Shown here one piece after another: positions 28,557 through 37,155 of a DNA stretch of 64,000 nt. The stretch comes from Proteiniphilum sp. (GTDB taxonomy: Bacteria > Bacteroidota > Bacteroidia > Bacteroidales > Dysgonomonadaceae), in assembly GCA_015478855.1 (NCBI GenBank), contig JADMKJ010000134.1, positions 11,729 through 75,728 on the forward strand. Direction: 5' to 3'. Within the stretch, counting starts at the first letter, position 1; the number at the start of each line of letters is the position of its first letter. Made by a program: the position numbers and the translations under genes. The notes under the pieces were generated by a model that made no database searches, was not told where the DNA came from, and saw only the letters and a program-made list of their open reading frames with translations.

Positions 28557-29441
28557 ATGAAAAAAATAGGATTATTTCTTTCAATCATCTTATTCATGAT
28601 GGGTTGTGAACATAGCGAAGAATTATTAAATAGTTCTGATTTGATTGGTCAATGGAAATTCACTTATCAACTACGTGACGGTGTGAAACAAACAATTTAT
28701 CCGAATCAGTATTGTAAATACGATCAGAGGTATGAATTTTTAGCCGATGGAACCGTAATGGGCAATAATCCGTGCCAATGGAACGAACGGACACTAAGCC
28801 AGGCTAAATGGAAAATAGGAGACGGTAAGTTATATATTGATTATTATGCAATAGATGGAATATCTGTTAATCCGGTCATTGTACGTTTAACCAAAGATAC
28901 GTTGGAACTGGAACAAATGTATGGTGATGTAACAGTTGTACGAAATGTATTCGCCCGGGATACGAAGAAATATTTTGATTATGCAGCCGATGTTGCTGGT
29001 CGGTATGTTGGGTATATGAACTATTCTCAGTGGTATATTTCAGAAGATTGGAAAGATCCTGATGCATTTCGTGGTGATTCCATCCCTGCCGAGATAGAAG
29101 TACAACGAAACAACTGGGGGAATTTATCTGTTATTTTCAAAGATATTGATGTGCTGGGTGAGGCGCGCACCGTGCAGGTTGATAGCATTCAGACTTCTCG
29201 CTATGAGAACCAACGAACATTCTCTTTGGCGCAAAACACCGGAACCAATATGCTGGTCATCGATCCTGAAAACAGATACAATATTCGAAGCTCCGGTTAT
29301 TTGGGCGCAATAGATAGTGACTCAGTCTATATTTCGTTGAATTTTTCCAAAACCGAGTTTAAAATCCCTGGTGATGTTAATTCTGGCAGCGTTGAAAACT
29401 ATTACCAGTTTCAACGTTTTAGAGGAATAAAAGTCCCCTAA
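28557..29441 (+). CDS. Lipoprotein, lipocalin-like N-terminal domain, unknown function
   Basis: Lipobox FMMGC. GQWKFTYQLRDG...YEFLADGTV...WKIGDGKLYI resembles lipocalin-like domains found in PUL lipoproteins. Confidence 0.5.
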   Translation: MKKIGLFLSIILFMMGCEHSEELLNSSDLIGQWKFTYQLRDGVKQTIYPNQYCKYDQRYEFLADGTVMGNNPCQWNERTLSQAKWKIGDGKLYIDYYAIDGISVNPVIVRLTKDTLELEQMYGDVTVVRNVFARDTKKYFDYAADVAGRYVGYMNYSQWYISEDWKDPDAFRGDSIPAEIEVQRNNWGNLSVIFKDIDVLGEARTVQVDSIQTSRYENQRTFSLAQNTGTNMLVIDPENRYNIRSSGYLGAIDSDSVYISLNFSKTEFKIPGDVNSGSVENYYQFQRFRGIKVP

Positions 29442-29452
29442 AGAATCGTATA

Positions 29453-30415
29453 ATGAAGAAAACTATTTATTCTCTATCCTTTTTATGGTTGTTCTCTGCT
29501 TTATTTGGACAATCCTGTAACGCATCTGAACATGAATATTTCAGAATCGGAGCTTTTAAAGAAGTGCATAATCCTGCCTGGGGGGTTAAAGATGATCCGT
29601 GGTGTATAAATGATCATACGGTCATATATAACGAGGAAACGCATCGCTGGCATGTGATTGGTATAACGCATTCGAAGGAGATGGATTATATAAAGGATCC
29701 GGGTCTTAATTTATTGCATATTTCAGCGGATAGCCTGTTTCAATCTCCATGGCAGATTCATCCCCATGCACTTACAGCAATGCCGGAGTATAATGAATCA
29801 GTTTTGTGGGCACCACACTATGTTTTTCATGAAGGAAGATACTATTTGTATGCTTGTGCCGGTGGAATGGAGGGAGCTCATGTCCATGATGCTTACCAGA
29901 TTAACCTCTATTTATCTGATGATTTGTTCCATTGGGAACGGTTCGAAGGAAACCCGTTGTTCACTGATGGCTTCGATGCCCGCGATCCTATGATATTAAA
30001 ATATGGTGATGAATGGATTATGTATTATACGGCAAACTCTACTCCCAATGGGGGTAATCATATTGTTGCCGCTTATACGAGTAAGGATTTATTCCAATGG
30101 GAAAATCGAAAGATAGTCTTTGAACATGCTCGTGAAGGTACTTTTGGTGGGCCCACAGAATCACCTTTTGTGGTGAAGCATGGTAGATGGTTTTATTTTT
30201 TTCTGTGTGACGGAGGTCACACAGATGTTTATCGAAGCAGTGACCCCTTACATTTCACGATGGATGATTTTATTGCAGAGATTGACAATTGCAGAGCATC
30301 TGAACTGGTGATGGATAAACAGGGTAACTATTATATTACCAGTGCAGGATGGTTCGGTGGTGATTATGGTTTAAAAATCGCCCCCTTTTATTGGATAGAT
30401 GAATCAGACAAATAA
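29453..30415 (+). CDS. Secreted five-bladed beta-propeller glycoside-hydrolase-like protein (GH43-clan-like, family unassigned)
   Basis: Signal peptide. Blade motifs WAPHYVFHEGRYYLYAC, ARDPMILKYGDEWIMYYTA and TESPFVVKHGRWFYFF give the Asp/Asp/Glu pattern of clan GH-F-like enzymes. Confidence 0.6.
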   Translation: MKKTIYSLSFLWLFSALFGQSCNASEHEYFRIGAFKEVHNPAWGVKDDPWCINDHTVIYNEETHRWHVIGITHSKEMDYIKDPGLNLLHISADSLFQSPWQIHPHALTAMPEYNESVLWAPHYVFHEGRYYLYACAGGMEGAHVHDAYQINLYLSDDLFHWERFEGNPLFTDGFDARDPMILKYGDEWIMYYTANSTPNGGNHIVAAYTSKDLFQWENRKIVFEHAREGTFGGPTESPFVVKHGRWFYFFLCDGGHTDVYRSSDPLHFTMDDFIAEIDNCRASELVMDKQGNYYITSAGWFGGDYGLKIAPFYWIDESDK

Positions 30416-30433
30416 AAACAATAATTAAAGAAC

Positions 30434-31621
30434 ATGAAGAGGAATATTTTCAAACTTATTGCTTTGGGTGTTGTCATATGGATGGCCTTCCCACTTTACT
30501 CTCAGCAATTCCCCGGGGAATTGAGCGGACTTTTTACCATTCGCGAGGGACTGCGTAACAGGCGTGTGAGCAGTGCTGATATTACCGGTAATAATGGTGA
30601 TGCTGTGGGACCGATTAAAGTGGGAGAATCAAAATTTATTGAGATCGCAGGAACAGGCATTATCAATCACATCTGGATGACAATTGCCCCATCAAACATC
30701 ATGCGAAATGATCTTATTCTGAGGATCTATTGGGACGGTGCCTCTTATCCCTCAGTTGAATCACCGATTGCAGCCTTTTTTGGAAATGGTTGGGATGAAC
30801 ATTATGACTTCACTTCTTTGCCATTAGCTATTGGACCAAGGGATGGAAGTGGTCTGACCTCCTATTTTCAGATGCCTTTTGAGAATGGAGTTCGTATTGA
30901 GATTGAAAACCAAAGCGATGTTGATTTAACGCACCTCTATTTTTATATCGACTATGTAGAAATGAAAAAACTACCCAATGATGCAGGACGTTTCCATGCA
31001 TGGTATAATCACGAACTTACAGATGCATTACCTGAAGGAGAAACAGAATGGGGCTTAGTTGGTCAACCACAAAACAATGTGGATGGTGCAGATAATTACG
31101 TTTTTGCCGACATTCAGGGTAAAGGACATTTCGTTGGAATCAATTATTATGTTCATTCACCTTCTCCTATGTGGTACGGTGAAGGAGATGATATGTTTTT
31201 TATTGATGGTGAAAGCAAAGCTTCGTTGCTTGGTACAGGTACAGAGGATTTTTTCAATACTTCCTGGTGTCCAAGTTCTATTTTCTATCATCCATATTAT
31301 GGATATGCAAGGGTCAATCGTGACAACGGTTGGTTAGGTCGAACACACGCTTATCGGTTTTTCGTTGCCGATCCCATATATTTTGAGACAGCATTGAAAG
31401 GGACCATTGAACATGGACATAACAATAACCTTACACTCGATCTCAGTAGTGTTGCCTATTGGTATCAATCTGCTCCCGGTAAATTGCCCTCTGCTCCCGA
31501 TAAGGAAGCCCGGGCTCCCAAACCTTTTATACGTGATCAGGATATGCACCGCTGGCGTCATGAATGGCGGAAAAATTTCGGTAACGATTCCAAACTCTGG
31601 GGTAATGAAATCCAGGATTAA
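30434..31621 (+). CDS. GH172 (DUF2961) family glycoside hydrolase, paralog 1
   Basis: Signal peptide. IAGTGIINHIWMT, YFYIDY and LLGTGTEDFFNTSW motifs are shared with the other two paralogs. Confidence 0.8.
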   Translation: MKRNIFKLIALGVVIWMAFPLYSQQFPGELSGLFTIREGLRNRRVSSADITGNNGDAVGPIKVGESKFIEIAGTGIINHIWMTIAPSNIMRNDLILRIYWDGASYPSVESPIAAFFGNGWDEHYDFTSLPLAIGPRDGSGLTSYFQMPFENGVRIEIENQSDVDLTHLYFYIDYVEMKKLPNDAGRFHAWYNHELTDALPEGETEWGLVGQPQNNVDGADNYVFADIQGKGHFVGINYYVHSPSPMWYGEGDDMFFIDGESKASLLGTGTEDFFNTSWCPSSIFYHPYYGYARVNRDNGWLGRTHAYRFFVADPIYFETALKGTIEHGHNNNLTLDLSSVAYWYQSAPGKLPSAPDKEARAPKPFIRDQDMHRWRHEWRKNFGNDSKLWGNEIQD

Positions 31622-31653
31622 GTAAGAATCTATCATTAATACAATATCATTGC

Positions 31654-33741
31654 ATGAGATTTCTATTATGCTGTCTATTCCTTAGTGGTTTTATGGCTTA
31701 TACTTTGTCATCTGAGATGGTGAACAGTAATCATCCGGTACCGGTTATTGATGGTGATTGGTGGGACATTGCCGGAGTTCCCGACCTGGGTGAGTTCAAT
31801 AATGCCGGTATGGAGCCGGTTGATTTTGGTATATGGAAAGCAGCCGATGGTACCTGGCAGTTATGGTCTTGTATTCGCAATACATCTATTGGCGGGCATT
31901 CCCGTTTGTTCTACAGATGGGAAGGTAAACAATTGACTGATACCAATTGGATGCCAAAAGGTATTGCAATGATGTCCGATCCTTCGATAGGTGAACCTTT
32001 AGGAGGGTTACAAGCACCATTTGTTTTGAAGGAAAATAATATTTATTATATGTTTTATGGTGACTGGGACCGTATTAGCCTGGCCCAAAGTGTTGACGGT
32101 AAACAGTTTGAACGAATATTGAATGACAAGAGTCAAACAGGTTTGTTTGAAGGTCCTTATGAGAACACGAGAGATGCGATGGTTTTGAAAGTCGATGATC
32201 GTTTTTACTGCTACTATACGGGACATACCAGCAATCCTCCGGTTGGTGAGGATTCATGTGCCGTATTTTGCCGTATATCCACCGACCTCTTCAATTGGGG
32301 AGATCCCGTGATTGTTTGTTCAGGTGGTAGCCCCACAAAAGGGGTATGGTATGGGGCCGATAGCGAATCTCCTTTTGTGGTACATCGAAACGGTTTATTT
32401 TACCTTTTCCGTAACCAACTGTACGGGATGGGTGCGCTTAACTCACAATATGCTTCAGATAACCCGTTGTATTTCGGCATCCGTGATGACAGCCGGATGA
32501 TTGGACAGATGAATGTTGCAGCACCTGAGATAGTTGAACATGACGGTGAATATTATATTGTTGCACTCAAACCTAACCTGGATGGAATCCGGATGGCTAA
32601 GCTGACATGGAAAACAGCTCGGAAGTTTTATGTTGATTCATCCGGTGGAAACGATGAATGGAACGGATCAGAAGATCGTCCCTGGAAAAGTTTGAGTAAA
32701 GCTTCAACAGTAACATTGCAGCCAGGAGACACACTGTTTTTTGCACGGGGTTCGTCGTTTACAGGAGGGATTGATATCAAAGATTCGGGTGAGAAACGGC
32801 ATCCAATTGTATTGACAACCTACGGAGAAGGGATGATGCCTAAATTCAGTAATCCGGACCCAACCGTATTAAATGGTAATGCAATACGACTTTCAGGCAA
32901 TCACATTGTTGTGGATGGCCTCTATTTTCACGATTGTGCACCTGCAGCACCTAAAGCATCCTACACTGAAGTGTGGGATGTTGGTGCCGTACGAATTATG
33001 TTAGGAGCCAATTATTGTACAGTAAAAAACTGTGAATTCTATAATTGCCAGAAGGGTATTCAGTCAACAGGTGAATATATTCTGATTACAGGTAATTATC
33101 TCCACAGTGCTTGTTCCAGACCTTTATCTCCTCCCGATTGGGGACCTATCGGTATTCATATCGGCAACAGCCATCAGGAAGTTTCCTATAATGTCATTCG
33201 CGATTATTACTATATCGGTGGATCGTTTGGAGCCGATGGCGGGGCAATTGAGATTGATGACGGACGTAATCCAAAACAAGATATTTATATCCATCACAAC
33301 TATACTTCTTCTAACATGGGATTCCTCGAGGTAAGTTGGTTTGCCGATATTGCTAAAACCGAAACACATGATCTGCGGATAACACACAATATGAGTGATG
33401 ATTTCCAGGATTTTGTAATGCTTTGGGCGCCTGTTCACAACACAGTGATTGAAGATAATACGATTATTCGAACGAGACAGGTAAAAAATGACATAGTGCC
33501 GGCAGTATTCATCTGTGATTATGGAGGTGCTATTATCCGACGTAACTTAGTAATAACAGACTCGATCACACAGGTATATGCAGGAAAAAAAGAATATTAC
33601 CGTACCAATGATCATACGCAAAACATCTATCTATCGGCTGACGGAAGCCGTCCCAACATCGGTACGGAGCTTCATCCCACTGAGCATATGAGCAGTGTCG
33701 GTCCTTATGTACCTGAATTGAAAGTGGTAAACAGTTGGTAA
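31654..33741 (+). CDS. Fusion protein: N-terminal GH43-like beta-propeller plus C-terminal right-handed parallel beta-helix domain
   Basis: The N-half is paralogous to 29453..30415 (QAPFVLKENNIYYMFYG, TRDAMVLKVDDRFYCYYTG, SESPFVVHRNGLFYLF). The C-half reads FYVDSSGGNDEWNGSEDRPWKSL...GNHIVVDGLYFHDC, with periodic beta-helix turns. Confidence 0.65.
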   Translation: MRFLLCCLFLSGFMAYTLSSEMVNSNHPVPVIDGDWWDIAGVPDLGEFNNAGMEPVDFGIWKAADGTWQLWSCIRNTSIGGHSRLFYRWEGKQLTDTNWMPKGIAMMSDPSIGEPLGGLQAPFVLKENNIYYMFYGDWDRISLAQSVDGKQFERILNDKSQTGLFEGPYENTRDAMVLKVDDRFYCYYTGHTSNPPVGEDSCAVFCRISTDLFNWGDPVIVCSGGSPTKGVWYGADSESPFVVHRNGLFYLFRNQLYGMGALNSQYASDNPLYFGIRDDSRMIGQMNVAAPEIVEHDGEYYIVALKPNLDGIRMAKLTWKTARKFYVDSSGGNDEWNGSEDRPWKSLSKASTVTLQPGDTLFFARGSSFTGGIDIKDSGEKRHPIVLTTYGEGMMPKFSNPDPTVLNGNAIRLSGNHIVVDGLYFHDCAPAAPKASYTEVWDVGAVRIMLGANYCTVKNCEFYNCQKGIQSTGEYILITGNYLHSACSRPLSPPDWGPIGIHIGNSHQEVSYNVIRDYYYIGGSFGADGGAIEIDDGRNPKQDIYIHHNYTSSNMGFLEVSWFADIAKTETHDLRITHNMSDDFQDFVMLWAPVHNTVIEDNTIIRTRQVKNDIVPAVFICDYGGAIIRRNLVITDSITQVYAGKKEYYRTNDHTQNIYLSADGSRPNIGTELHPTEHMSSVGPYVPELKVVNSW

Positions 33742-33761
33742 TACCGATAACATGTTAACAT

Positions 33762-35804
33762 ATGAAGAAAACAGGGAGTATTTGTTTAATCCTCATTTTG
33801 AGTTTTTTATTACCCGTAATCGGAAATAACCGATACGATACTATTCGGCTGCATGCTGTTGATAAACATATTACTGATGAAACGGCATCGCTCCTTTATT
33901 GCTTAAAACAATTGAGAAATGAAGGTGTTTGGTTGGGACAACATGATGGTATGTGGATAAATGAGAACGGAAAAGTTGATTCCTATTTCTCTCAATTAAT
34001 AGGTAAATTACCGGCAATAGCGTCATTTGACTTTATGTTCATCACCAGACGTGACAATAGACACGGATCATGGACCCGTCAACAGGAAGATGATATCCGT
34101 AAAAGGATCATTGCTGCCCATGAAGAGGGCATTGCTATTACCATGTGTTGGCATTATAATGATCCATATACGGGTAAAACATTTTACGCTAAAGAAATTA
34201 CAAACAAACGATACAGAAATGAGTCGTTTCACTCAATTATGCCCGGACGGGAGAATCATGAGCAATTCAAAAAGGATTTGCAGAAAGTGGCTGAGTTTGC
34301 TCATTCATTGCGTGACGAAGATGACCAGGAGATACCTTTTATTTTCAGGCCCTTTCATGAGTTTGATGGTAACTGGTTCTGGTGGGGAGCTAAATACAAT
34401 ACTCCCGAAGAATTCAGAACGGTGTGGAGATTTATGGTCAATTATTTGAGAGATGATTTGAATGTCCACAATATCTTGTATGCTTTCTCTCCTGATGTTA
34501 AATTTAATTCTAAAGAAAAATATTTGTTGCGATATCCGGGTGATGAGTTTGTCGATATCCTTGGTATGGATGACTACAAAGATTTTAGATCGACAAAATA
34601 TCAATCTGAAAAAGCAAAGAAACGCATTCAAATACTGAGTGAGATGGCTGCTGAGAAACAAAAACCGTGTGCTTTGACCGAAGTAGGTTATTTTGTTGAC
34701 AGAGATAAGCCCCGGAAGAGAGATAAAAAGCGCATAAAACGAATGTTGGATATATTTATGGAGATGCATGCACCTTTGGCTTATATCACATTTTGGGGTA
34801 ATGGTTCAAGTGATTATTGTGTCCCTCCACCCGGAAGTCCCGGTGAACATGAGTTTACGGAATTTCTCAATCATCCATCTGTCCTGTTGAATGATAATCA
34901 GCCAAATCCCGTTCGTCTGGCTCTATTACCGGATATTCAAACGTATACACAAAGTTATCCTGAGATTGCAGTGGCCCAAACGCAATGGCTTGCTGATCAT
35001 AAAGATGATTTCCATTTTGTATTGCAGCAAGGTGACCTCACCGATTGGAACGCTCATGAACAATGGAAGTCAGCCCGCAATGCCTTTTCGAAATTAGATG
35101 GTAAAATTCCCTACACTTTTGTCCCCGGGAATCATGATATGGGCAATAACGCCGATATAAGAAATACCGATCTGTTCAATCTTTACTTTCCATATGAAAA
35201 ATACAGTAAAGCAACCGGTTTCGGTGGGGCATTTGAAGTTGGAAAGATGGACAATACGTGGCACATATTCAAAGCTGGTGGGATTGACTGGCTCATTCTA
35301 TCATTGGAATTCGGTACCCGTAATAAAGTTCTAAAATGGGCTGAGAACATAATTAGAGATCATCCGAGACATAAGGTTATTATTAACACCCATGACTATA
35401 TGTACTCAGATGATAGCCGTATGGGAGATGGGGATGATTGGTTACCTCAACATTATGGTGTGGGGAAGGAAGCCGGGGAAGAAGCGGTTAACAATGGAGA
35501 GCAAATGTGGAAAAAACTTGTCAGTCGCTATGAAAATATTCTTTTGGTTGTTAGCGGTCATGTTTTGCATTCAGGTACCGGAACATTGATTAGCCAGGGG
35601 ATACATGGCAATGATGTATATCAGATGTTGGCAAATTATCAGGGAGGTGTTGAAAAATCCATCAATGGAGGCAATGGGTTCTTACGGATTATCACTGTTG
35701 ACGTTTTAAAAAGAAGCATCGATGTAAAAACCTATTCCCCCTATATAGATCAATATCATCCTGATATCAACCAACATTTCAGGTTTGAAGAGATACATTT
35801 TTAA
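33762..35804 (+). CDS. Fusion protein: N-terminal GH26 glycoside hydrolase plus C-terminal calcineurin-like metallophosphoesterase
   Basis: GH26 acid/base motif FRPFHEFDGNWFWWG and nucleophile motif CALTEVGYF. C-half metallophosphoesterase motifs LPDIQT, QQGDLTDW, VPGNHD, INTHDY and VSGHVLH. Confidence 0.75.
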   Translation: MKKTGSICLILILSFLLPVIGNNRYDTIRLHAVDKHITDETASLLYCLKQLRNEGVWLGQHDGMWINENGKVDSYFSQLIGKLPAIASFDFMFITRRDNRHGSWTRQQEDDIRKRIIAAHEEGIAITMCWHYNDPYTGKTFYAKEITNKRYRNESFHSIMPGRENHEQFKKDLQKVAEFAHSLRDEDDQEIPFIFRPFHEFDGNWFWWGAKYNTPEEFRTVWRFMVNYLRDDLNVHNILYAFSPDVKFNSKEKYLLRYPGDEFVDILGMDDYKDFRSTKYQSEKAKKRIQILSEMAAEKQKPCALTEVGYFVDRDKPRKRDKKRIKRMLDIFMEMHAPLAYITFWGNGSSDYCVPPPGSPGEHEFTEFLNHPSVLLNDNQPNPVRLALLPDIQTYTQSYPEIAVAQTQWLADHKDDFHFVLQQGDLTDWNAHEQWKSARNAFSKLDGKIPYTFVPGNHDMGNNADIRNTDLFNLYFPYEKYSKATGFGGAFEVGKMDNTWHIFKAGGIDWLILSLEFGTRNKVLKWAENIIRDHPRHKVIINTHDYMYSDDSRMGDGDDWLPQHYGVGKEAGEEAVNNGEQMWKKLVSRYENILLVVSGHVLHSGTGTLISQGIHGNDVYQMLANYQGGVEKSINGGNGFLRIITVDVLKRSIDVKTYSPYIDQYHPDINQHFRFEEIHF

Positions 35805-35828
35805 AACAGTTGTTGGCCGTTGCCGCTA

Positions 35829-35861
35829 ATGATACAATCAAGAGATCTATGATACAATCAA
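35829..35861 (+). repeat. 13-bp direct repeat ATGATACAATCAA x2 (35829-35841, 35849-35861), 20 bp start to start
   Basis: Read directly in the 153-bp spacer that splits the PUL. Confidence 0.8.
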
Positions 35862-35957
35862 TACTTAATTTTTATTTAAAATATCAGGTATTGTATTACA
35901 TTTACTGTTCAAAAATAATCAAAATATTTTTTTAATACTCTTAACGATTACTTTTTT

Positions 35958-37124
35958 ATGCATTTAAAGTCAATTCTTCTTTTAATCGTTTGTTGTGTGA
36001 TAAATACAGCTTCTATCCAATCCCAAACATCCTTTAACGGTCTTGATATGAATATGGGTAACCTCTACCGTTTGTCCAACGCAGAGACACGCTCCATCAG
36101 TCCTGAGAACTTCACCGGGGAGAAAGGTAAAGGGGGTATGGCTACACCCGATCCCAATGCACCACGTAACACAGCCAACGCCACCCATGCATCACGCGAT
36201 CTGGGGCAGGGCTGGAAGGTGAATCCCTATGTCACCATCCGGCCGGGTGAAACGTTCACCATGGCTGAGATTGATGGTCCCGGCGCCATCCAGCATATCT
36301 GGATGACCCCTACCGGCAACTGGCGCTTCTCCATCATCCGCATTTACTGGGATGATGAGACAGAACCCTCTGTGGAGGTCCCAGTGGGTGATTTCTTCGG
36401 CATGGGCTGGAACGAGTATGCCCCTTTGAACTCACAACCGATCACCGTGAACCCGGGAAGTGCTTTCAACAGCTACTGGACGATGCCCTTTCGAAAAAAG
36501 TGCAGGATCACGATGACCAACATCAACGATGAACAGCCGATGAACCTCTACTATCAGATCGATTATACCCTTACCGATGTGCCGGAGGATGCTGCCTATT
36601 TCCATGCGCAGTTTCGCAGAACAAAGGTGAATGAAACATCCGATTATACCATCATCGACAATGTGAAGGGCGAAGGACACTACGTGGGCGTCTACATGGC
36701 ATGGCAGGTGAACAACAACGGTTGGTGGGGCGAAGGAGAGATCAAGTTCTTTATGGATGGCGATAAGCAATTCCCCACTATTATAGGCACCGGCACAGAA
36801 GATTACTTCTGCGGTTCGTATAATTTCGACAGACACGGGAAATATGTTACCTATACCACTCCCTATGCAGGATTGGTGCAGGTTCTTCCTCCTGATCAGA
36901 CCTACAAGTCGGGACAGCGCTTCGGCCTCTACCGCTGGCATGTGATGGACCCGATCCGGTTTAAAAAAGATCTGAAGATTACCATCCAGGATCTGGGATG
37001 GCGGCATGGCGGGCGTTATCTGCCACAGAAGTCGGATATCTCTTCAACCACATTCTGGTATCAGAGTGAACCACACGCAAAATTCCCGGCACTGCCCTCA
37101 TGGGAAGAATTAGAAGTGAATTAA
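35958..37124 (+). CDS. GH172 (DUF2961) family glycoside hydrolase, paralog 2
   Basis: Signal peptide. IDGPGAIQHIWMT, YYQIDY and IIGTGTEDYFCGSY motifs. 388 aa. Confidence 0.85.
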   Translation: MHLKSILLLIVCCVINTASIQSQTSFNGLDMNMGNLYRLSNAETRSISPENFTGEKGKGGMATPDPNAPRNTANATHASRDLGQGWKVNPYVTIRPGETFTMAEIDGPGAIQHIWMTPTGNWRFSIIRIYWDDETEPSVEVPVGDFFGMGWNEYAPLNSQPITVNPGSAFNSYWTMPFRKKCRITMTNINDEQPMNLYYQIDYTLTDVPEDAAYFHAQFRRTKVNETSDYTIIDNVKGEGHYVGVYMAWQVNNNGWWGEGEIKFFMDGDKQFPTIIGTGTEDYFCGSYNFDRHGKYVTYTTPYAGLVQVLPPDQTYKSGQRFGLYRWHVMDPIRFKKDLKITIQDLGWRHGGRYLPQKSDISSTTFWYQSEPHAKFPALPSWEELEVN

Positions 37125-37146
37125 TCACCATAATTAATCACCATAA
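37121..37146 (+). repeat. Tandem 13-mer TTAATCACCATAA x2 spanning the stop codon of GH172 paralog 2
   Basis: Read directly. It is followed by the degenerate partial copy TCAATCATAATG, which contains the next start codon. Confidence 0.8.
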
Positions 37147-37155
37147 TCAATCATA

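Noticed and set aside
19330-35957. Genomic island or integrative element carrying the low-GC half of the PUL
   Set aside because: I could find no integrase, transposase, tRNA target or long flanking direct repeats in the window. I report the compositional step only as a mosaic signal, not as a mobile element.
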